A stretch of 64,000 bases of DNA from sequence record MN794232.1; one strand, written 5' to 3'. Position numbers and translations under genes: made by a program. Of this stretch, positions 5,747 through 16,055 are shown in pieces. Numbering within the stretch: position 1 is the stretch's first letter; every line of letters starts with the position of its first letter. The notes under the pieces are model-generated. The model saw only the letters and a program-made list of their open reading frames with translations, did no database searches and was not told the DNA's origin.

Positions 5747-7716
5747 TAGTTCACGTTACCTCTTGTAGACGGGATCTTAGCTTCACCACTTGTAGTCAAT
5801 GGACGAGTGAAGTTGGTTGTATTTTGCACTGAGCTTACAGCGTTGTTGACGAAGTTCGTCCCAACTTCTTTTGTTTGCTGTGCTGCTCTGTATGCTGCTT
5901 CACGCGCTGCTACAGCTTCTAAGATTACTGAACGCTTAATCTCTTGGAATGGCTTAATCAAGCCCTCTTCAATCATGCGTTGTCTCTCAGCCGCAACAAT
6001 AGCGTCTTCTTGCATTTGCTTCTTCTCAACTTCAGCCGCTAGGAACTTGTCTAACGATTCGGTTGAACTTGCTAATGACTCGACAGGTCGTTTGATTGCA
6101 TCGGCAGCGTTCTTAGCACCGTCTATAACCGCTTGTGCTGTATTCTTAGCACCGTCTACGATCATATCCCCTGCTTTCCCTAGATAGTCAGTTTGATAGC
6201 GTGCATTGAGTCTGTCCTTGACTTCAGCCTTGCTTGCGTCAATACGCGCTCGGTTGCCTTCGATGTCTGCGCCAGCAATGAACTTCTCCATGCCTTCCGA
6301 CTTCAGAAAATCAGGTAGTGCATTTAATGCATTCACGACGAACTCTTTAACGTTTAACATTAGGTCATCTATTGCTAACATAAGAAGTCTGAATGAGTCA
6401 GGAATTGATAGCCAACTTGCAATGATCTTATTAACCGCATTGACATACATTTGAAACGCACTTCTAACGAAAGAAGTTACTTTCTCGAAGCCAGATACGA
6501 TTCCCTCAACTGCGCCTTCTGGTACAGCGTCTTTGATGTTTTCACCAACGATTCCAAACCATTCACCAATCCCTCGAACCATATCCGTGAACCAGTTCGA
6601 GATTATACTGAATAGCATTGCTCGTTTTTCGGGGTCGCTAAAAATGTTCTTCAGTGCGGCGAAGATTCTGTCTAGCTCTTCTTCGAAGATTTTGTAAATA
6701 CCATAACCTGCAACCATTGCAACTAGAGCCGCTGGGTTTAGCATTATCGCAACCATTCTACCTAGACCTAAGAATAATTGACGAACAACCGTCCACATCC
6801 ACCCTTTTATGGTGCCGCTCATATCAGTAGCAAGTGCTTGAACGATATTACCCGTTCCTTTACTGAACTTACCGAATCCTAGAAGAATGTTAGATGCGAT
6901 TTTCCCGAGTGTTCCGAATTTTGTTGCAGTCGAAGCAGCCATTGCCATTGATGTACTAAATGTCACCAATTGACCACCTAACATAACCAACCCAACACCG
7001 ACAAGTCTGAATAATTTAGCAATCCAGCCTAGTTTTTCGCCAGCAAGGTGATTCGCGATACGTCGCAGATCACTAGCTTGATTGCGCTGAACTTTCATAT
7101 TCTCTTTGTAGCGTAGTTGTTCAGTCTTACGATTGCGAGTTTCGGTAACTACTTGATACGCGAAAATCTTCTTGTACAATGCGCTTATAAAGCCCACAGT
7201 CAACGGGGCGTTATTACCTGCACCGTTCTGTAGGAAACTGTTTAAATCGTCGGCAGCCGTCTTCTGAAGCCCTATAACTCGCTTCATGTCGTTGACTCTA
7301 AAGATCAGACGTTCAAACCAACGATTAAAGCCCTCCTGCATACGTGCGAACTGCATTTTTGCAGTTAAGCGCATTTCTTGAATGCCACGATCAATACGAG
7401 ACAAATGTCCTTTAAAGTCAAGAGTAGTCTTGATAATATCCGTTAGTGATATAATCGAAGCACGAACTTTATTGGAAGTTTGCTCAAAGTTTTCGATAAC
7501 GCGCTGAAACAGATTCTTTTGCTGCGCCACCGCCTTTTCGTTTGTTTTAAACACCGACTGCATAGTTTCGAGCATAGACGTGGTCGTAATATCAATGTTG
7601 TTGATATGACGAGCGACACGCTGCATCGTATAAACTTCAGGTCGGTCTTCTTGTTGGAGAATGATATGATCTAATCTTCCGATTATCTCATTCATTTTCT
7701 TGTCGTCAGCCGCCAT
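5746..7716 (-). CDS. 29: gp29-like tape measure / baseplate hub protein (656 aa)
   Basis: Long helical protein with central hydrophobic Gly/Ala-rich segment, next to 51/26; assignment by composition and context. Confidence 0.65.
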   Translation of the reverse strand: MAADDKKMNEIIGRLDHIILQQEDRPEVYTMQRVARHINNIDITTTSMLETMQSVFKTNEKAVAQQKNLFQRVIENFEQTSNKVRASIISLTDIIKTTLDFKGHLSRIDRGIQEMRLTAKMQFARMQEGFNRWFERLIFRVNDMKRVIGLQKTAADDLNSFLQNGAGNNAPLTVGFISALYKKIFAYQVVTETRNRKTEQLRYKENMKVQRNQASDLRRIANHLAGEKLGWIAKLFRLVGVGLVMLGGQLVTFSTSMAMAASTATKFGTLGKIASNILLGFGKFSKGTGNIVQALATDMSGTIKGWMWTVVRQLFLGLGRMVAIMLNPAALVAMVAGYGIYKIFEEELDRIFAALKNIFSDPEKRAMLFSIISNWFTDMVRGIGEWFGIVGENIKDAVPEGAVEGIVSGFEKVTSFVRSAFQMYVNAVNKIIASWLSIPDSFRLLMLAIDDLMLNVKEFVVNALNALPDFLKSEGMEKFIAGADIEGNRARIDASKAEVKDRLNARYQTDYLGKAGDMIVDGAKNTAQAVIDGAKNAADAIKRPVESLASSTESLDKFLAAEVEKKQMQEDAIVAAERQRMIEEGLIKPFQEIKRSVILEAVAAREAAYRAAQQTKEVGTNFVNNAVSSVQNTTNFTRPLTTSGEAKIPSTRGNVN

Positions 7717-7883
7717 TATTGTTGTTCCTTATTCTTTTCTTGAATGTAATGTATAAGCTGTGCGGCATAGATTTCACGCTCGAATAGAACCATCGTTTCT
7801 AAGTCGTGAAGAGAAAAATTGCCATGAGTGATCATGGCAAAGTTTTCCTTGTAATACTCTTCAAGTGAGTATCTACCGAGCAT
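7716..7883 (-). CDS. 51: short-form gp51 baseplate hub assembly protein (55 aa; not in ORF track)
   Basis: MLGRYSLEEYYKENFAMITHGNFSLHDLETMVLFEREIYAAQL..., coupled TAATG to genes 26 and 29. Confidence 0.8.
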   Translation of the reverse strand: MLGRYSLEEYYKENFAMITHGNFSLHDLETMVLFEREIYAAQLIHYIQEKNKEQQ

Positions 7884-8731
7884 TATACGAAAAAATCTTC
7901 GATGCCTCTTAGCGTAACTTTCTCGTGATTACCACACTTAGGACATTTCACGTCAACGTATGTCGTGATGCGTGGAACTGAATCGACGAATGTCTGAACT
8001 TTTTTGAATGCTGCCGTATCAAGTTCGCCCATGATGTTCACAAGCTGCCCTTGCTCTTCAAGTTCTTCTTTGGTGTAAACAGTATCACCAACATGAACTT
8101 CTTTAATTGATTCAACCGCAATATTGAACAGACCTTGTGGTGTATTCGGGTCGTTGTTCTCATACACTCGAATTGTCGGGTGTTGGAGTTTGATAACAAC
8201 TTTTGGGTTGACTCGAACTGTATCTTCACCTGTAAATTCAGGCACGAACGCAGCTTTCAAGTCGATGTTGGTTCTGATACGTTCACCGCATAAGTGCTTC
8301 TCAGGTGCAAACACTGCTTCAATCGCTTCTTCGTTTGATTGATTCATAATCTCGGCAAAAATATCATCAGCAGATTTAGCCAGTTCAGCCTCTTCTTCCT
8401 CAGAAAGCTTTTGAAGTTCTTCTTCTGACTTCGGAGCACAGCAGTTGTATTCTGCTTGAATGTTAGTCACACCGTTACTGTTCATGTACATATGCAGAAA
8501 CAGATACTCAGAGTCACCAACCGTCAGGTCATCCATTTTGATGTCAGATACAATGCAGTTTTCAAGACACTGTTCGATTGCGTCAATCTTCTCATCAGAT
8601 TCATTTGCGATAAGCAATGCTTTATGCTCTTTTGCAAGCATTGCACGCAGTTTAATTTCTTCACCAGTTGATGGTAGTTTTACAGTATATTGTGGCGCAG
8701 CAAGTACGCTAATATCAAATGCTTTAGTCAT
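7883..8731 (-). CDS. 26: gp26 baseplate hub subunit
   Basis: PQYTVKLPSTGEEIKLRAMLAKEHK, GDSEYLFL, C-terminal CPKCG..LRGIEDFF. Confidence 0.9.
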   Translation of the reverse strand: MTKAFDISVLAAPQYTVKLPSTGEEIKLRAMLAKEHKALLIANESDEKIDAIEQCLENCIVSDIKMDDLTVGDSEYLFLHMYMNSNGVTNIQAEYNCCAPKSEEELQKLSEEEEAELAKSADDIFAEIMNQSNEEAIEAVFAPEKHLCGERIRTNIDLKAAFVPEFTGEDTVRVNPKVVIKLQHPTIRVYENNDPNTPQGLFNIAVESIKEVHVGDTVYTKEELEEQGQLVNIMGELDTAAFKKVQTFVDSVPRITTYVDVKCPKCGNHEKVTLRGIEDFFV

Positions 8732-8742
8732 GATGTTTTACC

Positions 8743-9489
8743 TTAGAATAGACCTGAAATGGCTTCAGCGCCTGTATTGAAAAAGCTGTTATATGTTTTC
8801 TCGAAGTTTTGAGTAATACCCAGTTTATCCGAGATTGTGCTTGATAGATCTTCAGTCATGTATGTTGCGCTTTCGTAAACAAACTCGACTTCGAATTCAG
8901 CCACTGCGTTGTTATTCTCGTATCCTAACTGAACCCCACCTACTCGAATCGGATACGCATTCTTCAAGCTAGTCATCGTAACCATTTCTGCGTTACGATT
9001 GTATGTGTAAATCTCAATTGTTCGAGCATAGTTCGAGAAGAAACCGACTTGAGCAGAATCATTTGAATAAATCTGCTTAAACCAACCAAGTAACATTTTA
9101 CGTTCTGGGTGTGTTGGTGACAGATACAATGACATGGTCACTGTTTCGTCGGTTTTCGCTTTTACTACGTGATGTGGCTTACGTCTAGTTTTATCTACGT
9201 CAGTTTCGTATGACGACCCTGGGATATTAACTGATTTCACCATCATTCCGATGTTTCGTTCGAACTCAAACCCCGAGCCGAAAAGAGAAGCAGTTGACGC
9301 AAGGGCATCTTGTACCCCTACGCCTTTGATGTCTGAAAAGTCAGCATTCAAAAATGACTCACCTGTATTCATCAACTGCTTTGCTGTATCTTGTAGCGAT
9401 GCAAATCGCACCGCATACAAGTTTTGTCTGGCTAAGTCGTTCTTTGTAATTTGAGATAAGAACTTCTTAACATCTATTCCGATTGCCAT
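8743..9489 (-). CDS. 54: gp54 baseplate tail tube initiator
   Basis: gp19-like fold motifs LARQNLYAVRF, VKSVNIPG, NAYPIRVGGVQL, FEVEFVY. Confidence 0.85.
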   Translation of the reverse strand: MAIGIDVKKFLSQITKNDLARQNLYAVRFASLQDTAKQLMNTGESFLNADFSDIKGVGVQDALASTASLFGSGFEFERNIGMMVKSVNIPGSSYETDVDKTRRKPHHVVKAKTDETVTMSLYLSPTHPERKMLLGWFKQIYSNDSAQVGFFSNYARTIEIYTYNRNAEMVTMTSLKNAYPIRVGGVQLGYENNNAVAEFEVEFVYESATYMTEDLSSTISDKLGITQNFEKTYNSFFNTGAEAISGLF

Positions 9490-9492
9490 TCG

Positions 9493-10089
9493 TTATCTCC
9501 TTCTATAACGATCATCGTAAGCACGAACAGCAGAAATGTTGCGACCATTTTTAGCAACGAATTGTTGCAATGGCATGTGAATAACGTTGTACCAGTCATG
9601 TGGCTTGACTTCTTCAAGCGACCCTTTAATTCGCTTGAGAATGTATAATTTCACCATATGTTTACTGAACTTGATGTTTTTCACTCGACCCCAATCGATC
9701 ATTAATCGTGTGGAGTTGCTCACTGTTTTCGTGTTAGCATATCTAAGTAATGTGGTTAAAAATTTCTCGCGATCTTTGGGTGGGATGTAATGCAAGTTCA
9801 AGCCTAGCATATAGCCTTTTTGTTGCCCCAAGCAGATGATGCACGGAAATTTATCCCAGTATGGTAACTGGTGTTTAGTTTTTGCGTCGTACGCGAAAAC
9901 ATACATGTTGCCTTTGTGAGGAACTTGCACTTTTCGACTACGAATTGCATCATGAACGCGCTTTTTGAACCACGCCAGTGATTTGCGCTGATTCTTTGCA
10001 ATTGGAGTACGACCAAGCTCGTGTGTTTGAGCCTTGAAGCTATCAAGAAGACTTTCTTTTTTCTTCTTTGCTCTTTCTGGTCTAGCCAT
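9493..10089 (-). CDS. 2: gp2 DNA end protector
   Basis: KSLAWF, YDAKTKHQLPYWDKFP, GLNLHYIPP. Confidence 0.93.
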   Translation of the reverse strand: MARPERAKKKKESLLDSFKAQTHELGRTPIAKNQRKSLAWFKKRVHDAIRSRKVQVPHKGNMYVFAYDAKTKHQLPYWDKFPCIICLGQQKGYMLGLNLHYIPPKDREKFLTTLLRYANTKTVSNSTRLMIDWGRVKNIKFSKHMVKLYILKRIKGSLEEVKPHDWYNVIHMPLQQFVAKNGRNISAVRAYDDRYRRR

Positions 10090-10544
10090 TACACTCTCAG
10101 TCCTATTAGTTTACGAAGTCCGACTTCAGTCAAGACTTTGAATTGCCATCCTTTCTGCTTTGCGAATTTAATCGCAGCAGCCCACTTATCTTGGTTTACT
10201 TGATACGTATATATCTCTTTCAGTAAACGCTTCTTAGCCTTTTCAGTAAGTCTCTGTGGTTTCTCGGGTGGCAATGTTTCTTTGTTGGGTTTGATCTCGA
10301 ATATGAATTCTCGACCGTCACTGAACTTCACGTAAAAGTCCATGAAATATCTACGTTTTTTCCCACCGTCAGCAGAACTAACATAAGGGATAACGATTTC
10401 TTCAGAGTTCCAGCGAACTACATGCGGGTTGTTGTCACACCAGCGCATGAAAGACAATTCCCATGAGCTTCTGTACTCAATTTTCTGATAGTTGCCTTTG
10501 TATTTCGATTTGTTTGTTGGAACGTATTTGCCAGAATATGCCAT
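10089..10544 (-). CDS. 4: gp4 head completion nuclease
   Basis: MAYSGKY, YRSSWE, WNSEE, RRYFMDF, EIKP, NQDKWAAA. Confidence 0.95.
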   Translation of the reverse strand: MAYSGKYVPTNKSKYKGNYQKIEYRSSWELSFMRWCDNNPHVVRWNSEEIVIPYVSSADGGKKRRYFMDFYVKFSDGREFIFEIKPNKETLPPEKPQRLTEKAKKRLLKEIYTYQVNQDKWAAAIKFAKQKGWQFKVLTEVGLRKLIGLRV

Positions 10545-10610
10545 AAAACGCCTCCTTTCATTTATTTAGTATCGAGTCTAAATACAGATATATTTTAAAG
10601 GAGATCTAAC

Positions 10611-11750
10611 ATGGGATTTTTAAGTTACGTCGGTCTTAGCGGAAAACAAAGTGATACTCTTGATCGTGTACTGTCTTTTGATGGAGGCGTTGAAAGTAGT
10701 ACAACTGAGATTACCCAAGACACAGATCAGGGCAGAGTTAGCACGTCTAATATAGTTGCACTGACATATCCGCCCAATCTTGGCGCGAGATCTGGACACT
10801 CGAACTTTTTTATTTTTCGAGCGTATGACTTGGCTAGCACAACAAAGCAACATTACACTGACATGCGGCAGTCATTCACGGCATCATCGAAAGAATCTAA
10901 GCAGGCGTCTGAAATTCCTAGTGAGTTGATGGCGACTATGGCTCTTTACGCGCCAAACTTAGTTGAAGAAGTTTCGCATGAATATGACAAAACACCGACT
11001 TCAGTTTTGAATGACTTCTTAGCCGCTGCCGCTACAGCAGCCGGTGCAGATACTGTTTCTCAGGGTGTAGAAGCGGGTAAGAAAGCCGTATCAACCGCAG
11101 CCGGTGCTACGTTAGCACAGATCAAGCGTTCGTTCATTCAATCAAATGCTGCCGGTCAGCTTGAGAAGAACAGCAGCGTAGTTACGGATAACGTTACTGT
11201 AACTGCGTACAAAGGGACCGCTCAACGTCAGCAAACATTGATGTATCAATTTCACCCGAAATCACTAGATGAACTGAAGATCGTCGGTGAGGTCATCAAA
11301 ACATTCTATCGACTTTCTCTACCAGTGAAAGGTCAGATTAGTTCTGATTTGCTAGATACTGGTAATGCTGCATTAGGTTCAGGGTTTTCAAATGGCTTTG
11401 CGAAGTATGCAACGCTATTGAAGACGCCGCCAGTGTGGATGATTGAAGAAGTTTCAGATGTTGACGCGACACGATACACCCCGAGATTCGTTTTCGGACC
11501 CGCGGGTATCACGTCAGTGAAATTAAACAGAACACCAGATCAGTATTGGCGCACATTTCGCGGTACAGCAGGCGACCCAGCAGGCATTGAACTTGAAGTA
11601 ACATTCACTGAGCTTATCCCTATGGATCGTGCAATGTACGAGCGAGATCAAGCAAGTAGCATTCGTGGTTACGACAACGGTACCACTACTGCAAGTGGTA
11701 ACAGTAATGATTCTGGTTCATTCTTTGGTGATATTGGGAGTTTATTCTAA
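10611..11750 (+). CDS. 48: gp48 baseplate tail tube cap
   Basis: Divergent from gene 4 behind a TAAATA late promoter; gp48-like C-terminus (FGPAGITSVKL, IELEVTFTEL). Confidence 0.8.
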   Translation: MGFLSYVGLSGKQSDTLDRVLSFDGGVESSTTEITQDTDQGRVSTSNIVALTYPPNLGARSGHSNFFIFRAYDLASTTKQHYTDMRQSFTASSKESKQASEIPSELMATMALYAPNLVEEVSHEYDKTPTSVLNDFLAAAATAAGADTVSQGVEAGKKAVSTAAGATLAQIKRSFIQSNAAGQLEKNSSVVTDNVTVTAYKGTAQRQQTLMYQFHPKSLDELKIVGEVIKTFYRLSLPVKGQISSDLLDTGNAALGSGFSNGFAKYATLLKTPPVWMIEEVSDVDATRYTPRFVFGPAGITSVKLNRTPDQYWRTFRGTAGDPAGIELEVTFTELIPMDRAMYERDQASSIRGYDNGTTTASGNSNDSGSFFGDIGSLF

Positions 11751-12328
11751 TGATTTTCGCGATATTTGACAAGACTGAATATCTTGGTGTTGAGACTGCG
11801 AATATTTTCAAGAATTTGAATTATTATCATAAGCAGATCATCCCATCATTCACGACTATTCAGTACAAAATCAGGGGCGACTATCGCCCCGAACAGATTG
11901 CATATGAACTGTATGGCGATACGTCGTTATACTGGTTGATTATGCTTCTAAACGAACGAGTTGACCCTTTTTATGATTGGGTTCAGCCCAACGAATCAGT
12001 TTCTGAGAACGCTATTTATCGTTATCAGTTTATTGGCGGCAACGAGCAAGTTCATCATCACGTAGATGAGCAAGGTCGATGGTGGTATGACGTGGTCGAA
12101 GACCCAGAAAATCCTCGAAATTGGTACAATAAATTCGATTGGGAAAACAACGCGCCTGAAGAAGGGCAGGAAGATTATCGTGAGCTTCTATATCACGGCG
12201 TGATGATCCCTGTTTCCGTTGACGAATATGAATTCAACCGAAACGAAGAAAATCGCGTAATCAATGTACTATCGAGGGATGATGTTAGTACATACATTAG
12301 CACATTCATGAAATTAGCAGGGGTATAA
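11750..12328 (+). CDS. 53: gp53 baseplate wedge subunit
   Basis: RPEQIAYELYGDTSLYWLIMLLN, DPFYDW. Confidence 0.92.
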   Translation: MIFAIFDKTEYLGVETANIFKNLNYYHKQIIPSFTTIQYKIRGDYRPEQIAYELYGDTSLYWLIMLLNERVDPFYDWVQPNESVSENAIYRYQFIGGNEQVHHHVDEQGRWWYDVVEDPENPRNWYNKFDWENNAPEEGQEDYRELLYHGVMIPVSVDEYEFNRNEENRVINVLSRDDVSTYISTFMKLAGV

Positions 12329-12329
12329 C

Positions 12330-13601
12330 ATGTTTGAAATGCGCTCCGCTAACCCAATTGAGAACTTTGTGGTTAGCAAGATTCACATACGCGGTCTTGA
12401 TTTTGCAGCGTCGGTGGAGAATGAAATCACACACATGGAAATTTATGAATCGCTTAACGGGTTGGTTTCTGGCATGTTCATGTTCAAGGATTCGGTTGGC
12501 GTCGTTGACACAATTCGAATGACTGGATTTGAAGCAATTGACGTTGAATTTGCGTCGTATGTCGGGGAGCAAGCAAATCGAGTCTATCAAAAATCATTTC
12601 GTGCAACGGGTATTTCTAGAATGCCCGCACGTACTGGTGGTTTTGAGACTGTATTGGTGCGTTTCACAAATAACTTACTGACTCTTAACGATTACGTTAA
12701 AAGACCTTATGTATTCAAGAAGACTAGTATTTCGAATATCATAAAATCTATTTTGGATAATCTAGGCGATGAGAAGCCAAAATATGAAATTGAAACGTCG
12801 TTATATCAACGTGATTTTGTGACTAAGATCGGTAAACCGTACGACATCATCCAAAGCATCGTCGATCATGCTAGTACAGACGTGAATAACAGTTGTAAAT
12901 TCATGTTCTATGAAGATCGCGACTCAGTTAAATTCGCATCACTCGGGTCAATTCGTGACAAAGAATACGAATACATCATCCGTAAAGGTGCTGATACTGG
13001 CGATGGTAAATGGACATCAGGTAACACGAATACAATCACAGCATTGCGAGTTGTGGTGAAAGAACAATCTAATATGCACGAGATTTCTAGTGGTTTATTC
13101 GGTTCTAGAACATATTCTCATAGTTTAATTCGCAAGAAATTGACTACAAAAGATGTTCGTCGAAATGATTATATCGCGCAAGTTGGTATTTTGAATGACC
13201 GCGCTCATATGTACACGAATGAACTTGAGTTTGCAAGTGAAGTTCCTGAAACTGAACAGCCATTGAACAGTATTCAGCTACTACCAAACGATGGTTTTTA
13301 CGAGCATGACAACAAACACCCACTAGGGTCTATTCACGGCGTATCTCTTATGGAAGAGACGTATTTGAAGGCTAAGCAGATCATCGTTGAAATACCCGGG
13401 AACACTAACATCACGGTTGGTGACGTTGTATTTCTTGATTATCACGCGGTGACTGGTGAGAATCATTCTAGTTTAGATGCATCGGGTCGTTGGATTGTTC
13501 ATGAGTTGAAGCACCGTGTTGAACCCAACTCATTTATAACTACTCTTGAATTGTCTAGTGATTCATCGGTTAATATCGCAATTGCGGGGAGCAAGAAATA
13601 A
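12330..13601 (+). CDS. 27: gp27-like baseplate hub protein
   Basis: EIYESL, FMFYEDRD, IPGNTNITVGD, SGRWIVHELKH; directly before gene 5. Confidence 0.8.
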   Translation: MFEMRSANPIENFVVSKIHIRGLDFAASVENEITHMEIYESLNGLVSGMFMFKDSVGVVDTIRMTGFEAIDVEFASYVGEQANRVYQKSFRATGISRMPARTGGFETVLVRFTNNLLTLNDYVKRPYVFKKTSISNIIKSILDNLGDEKPKYEIETSLYQRDFVTKIGKPYDIIQSIVDHASTDVNNSCKFMFYEDRDSVKFASLGSIRDKEYEYIIRKGADTGDGKWTSGNTNTITALRVVVKEQSNMHEISSGLFGSRTYSHSLIRKKLTTKDVRRNDYIAQVGILNDRAHMYTNELEFASEVPETEQPLNSIQLLPNDGFYEHDNKHPLGSIHGVSLMEETYLKAKQIIVEIPGNTNITVGDVVFLDYHAVTGENHSSLDASGRWIVHELKHRVEPNSFITTLELSSDSSVNIAIAGSKK

Positions 13602-14866
13602 TGTTTATGGGATTAGATGGGTTCGAGTGGTGGACTGGCGTTGTCGAAGATCGAACAACCGACCCACTCAAACTTGGTAGAATTAAAGTTCGAATGATTG
13701 GTCTGCACCCAGATAAGAAAAGTTCAGAACAAGGTATTCGAACTGAAGAACTGCTTTGGGTTCATCCAATGCAGTCTCTTGATAATGCAGCAATGAACGG
13801 AATCGGGAATGCTCCTATAGGCGTCGTTGAGGGAACGTGGGTTTTTGGTTTCTTCAGAGACAAGTTGCGTCAAGATGCAGTCGCCATGGGTGTATTGCCC
13901 GGGATTCCCGAAGATTTGCCGAACGGTAGCGTTGGGTTTAATGACCCGAATGAGAAATATCCGTTAGCAGATAAGCTTAATGAGCCAGATACAAACCGTC
14001 TAGCTCGTAATGACGTTGACCCTGACGTATATGACGAAAGTCAATCTCAGACTGCGTTTGATAACGGCGAAGCGCCTTATGTATATCGACCGCACCCGAT
14101 CATTGCAAGTAAACGAGCGGCTGAAGAGAAAGAAATCCCGCTTGCTGGTTACAATGCAGAGGGTCCGAAGTACGATGAGAAAGTTACTCCGTATGCAGCA
14201 CAGTACCCATACAATCATGTTCGTGAATCAGAATCAGGTCACATTCATGAGATTGATGACACAGAGGGGGCGGAGCGTCTTCATACGTATCATAGAACTG
14301 GAACGTTTGAAGAAATTCACCCAGATGGTAGCCGAGTTACAAAGATTGTAGGTGATGATTTTGAGATTGTTCATAAAAATCAAAACGTGTACATCAAAGG
14401 TAATTTGAATATCACCGTTGTGGGTGACGCGACTTTTTATTGTCAGCAAAACGTTACTCAACAGATTGACGGTGATTTGAAACAACATGTCAAGGGTAAT
14501 GTAGATCAGCATGTAGAAATGAACGTAACTCAGACAGTTGACCAAGATGTGACTCAAGTCGTTCATCAGAACGTTACACAAACCGTCGATATGAATGTCA
14601 CTCAGACAGTGCATCAGAACGTTACACAGACGGTTGACGGGAATGTTAGTCAAACTGTGGGCGGTAACGTTCAAAGTAACGTCACGGGCGATTACACGCA
14701 GAATATCAGCGGTAATTACACAATCACAGTGGGCGGTTCTATGTCTGAAAGTGTTAGTTCATCGTATACTCGTTCAGCAGCATCAATCAGTGATGATGGT
14801 GGTGGCGCAACTTTGAATTTAGCAGGTTCAGCAGCATTGGACGGCACAACAGTAAGTCTAGGTTAA
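13601..14866 (+). CDS. 5: gp5 baseplate central spike, no lysozyme domain
   Basis: N-terminal OB fold (WWTGVVEDR, LGRIKVRMIG), ESESGH, 8-residue VxQxV beta-helix repeats; 421 aa. Confidence 0.93.
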   Translation: MFMGLDGFEWWTGVVEDRTTDPLKLGRIKVRMIGLHPDKKSSEQGIRTEELLWVHPMQSLDNAAMNGIGNAPIGVVEGTWVFGFFRDKLRQDAVAMGVLPGIPEDLPNGSVGFNDPNEKYPLADKLNEPDTNRLARNDVDPDVYDESQSQTAFDNGEAPYVYRPHPIIASKRAAEEKEIPLAGYNAEGPKYDEKVTPYAAQYPYNHVRESESGHIHEIDDTEGAERLHTYHRTGTFEEIHPDGSRVTKIVGDDFEIVHKNQNVYIKGNLNITVVGDATFYCQQNVTQQIDGDLKQHVKGNVDQHVEMNVTQTVDQDVTQVVHQNVTQTVDMNVTQTVHQNVTQTVDGNVSQTVGGNVQSNVTGDYTQNISGNYTITVGGSMSESVSSSYTRSAASISDDGGGATLNLAGSAALDGTTVSLG

Positions 14867-14870
14867 TTGA

Positions 14871-15356
14871 ATGGCTAGTATTACACCAACAACATTGCCA
14901 ATCATTGCAGAGGGTGAGAACGTCGATGTGACGTTCTCCGCTGTTATGGATGAAGGCGAAACATTGGTTGACATAAACATCACGAATTTTATACCAAATA
15001 CGGGTATCACGATTGTGGGTGCTCGTTATTACGGTCAATATCAGGATTCGTTTGATTTGGGACCAAGTGGCTTGAAGTATCGCGACACGCGAGACAACAG
15101 CTATCATGAAGTGAGTAAGTTCAGTGATTTACCCGCGAACCCCGCTCATGGTCACGTGTATCGCTTTGAAGCGCCTAGTCCGCTGTCAACTGATTACACA
15201 TACGAAGTAACAGTCAATTACGAGTATGAAGATCCACTTGTGCCTGGTGTTATCGAAGAGCGTCAGCTAATAGAAACGTTCAGTCAGACCGTAAAGGGTA
15301 AATGGGATAATTGGGCACAGCAACTTAGAGATTATATAGCAGCGGGAGGTAATTAA
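14871..15356 (+). CDS. 5.1: gp5.1-like protein
   Basis: ITPTTLPII..., C-terminal QTVKGKWDNWAQQLRDYI; synteny. Confidence 0.8.
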   Translation: MASITPTTLPIIAEGENVDVTFSAVMDEGETLVDINITNFIPNTGITIVGARYYGQYQDSFDLGPSGLKYRDTRDNSYHEVSKFSDLPANPAHGHVYRFEAPSPLSTDYTYEVTVNYEYEDPLVPGVIEERQLIETFSQTVKGKWDNWAQQLRDYIAAGGN

Positions 15357-15652
15357 TGCCAGCTTTAGCAGGTGCAGACGAACCGACTACTGGTCACGGA
15401 ACATATCCACCGACAGTAGTAACAGGGGGTAGTGGGAGAGTTACAGTACAAGGCAAACCTGCGTTATCGAAAGATAACATGGTTCATGTTACTCATTGTA
15501 ACACAGTTCCGAATCATGATTGTCACGCCGGTAGTGCAGCAACGTTTAGTCCGAAAGTGTTTATTGAGGGGAGTAATGCAATCCGTATCGGCGACACATT
15601 GACGTGCGGCGATACGGTAGCAGGTGGTGCAGGGAAGGTTACTAGTTCGTAG
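15356..15652 (+). CDS. 5.4: gp5.4 PAAR-like spike tip
   Basis: TTGHGTYPP, H..H metal ligands, KVFIEG, RIGDTLTCGD. Confidence 0.88.
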   Translation: MPALAGADEPTTGHGTYPPTVVTGGSGRVTVQGKPALSKDNMVHVTHCNTVPNHDCHAGSAATFSPKVFIEGSNAIRIGDTLTCGDTVAGGAGKVTSS

Positions 15653-16001
15653 CGTTGTGCGATTTGATTCGCTCTTCACTATTCAGAGTCGTAACGTCAA
15701 CTTCTTCAGCTTTGAATGAATTATCGACCATTTTGGGTGCTTCGACAGTCGTCATTGGATCGACTTTGTATTTTGCAGTGTCGTTTACGACTTCGGTCGC
15801 TGTAGGGCGTGTGATTGGTGATGTGAACACTTTAAACGCGCCAGCAGCAAGTGTCAGAACTAGAGCTACTGCAATGATTTTGCCGTAAGGTAGTTTCAAA
15901 TCAAACTTGAAGATCTTTGACAAGATGAACGCAACAAGCAAGATTAGCAGTAATGAAACGAATACGCCAACGACTGGTGCGAGAACTAATAAAAATTCCA
16001 T
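15642..16001 (-). CDS. membrane protein, two predicted TM segments (119 aa)
   Basis: Two hydrophobic N-terminal stretches, polar C-terminus; follows the SPFH gene. Confidence 0.75.
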   Translation of the reverse strand: MEFLLVLAPVVGVFVSLLLILLVAFILSKIFKFDLKLPYGKIIAVALVLTLAAGAFKVFTSPITRPTATEVVNDTAKYKVDPMTTVEAPKMVDNSFKAEEVDVTTLNSEERIKSHNATN

Positions 16002-16022
16002 TGTATTTTCCTATTTCGTGTG

Positions 16023-16048
16023 AAACAAAGGGGCGACATAGCCGCCCC
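16023..16048 (-). terminator. intrinsic terminator after the SPFH gene
   Basis: GGGGCG/CGCCCC stem followed by TTTGTTT on minus. Confidence 0.65.
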
Positions 16049-16055
16049 GTTTTGA

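Noticed and set aside
14234-14674. Repetitive minus-strand ORF and DNA repeats in gene 5
   Set aside because: Shadow of the 8-residue beta-helix repeat of gp5.
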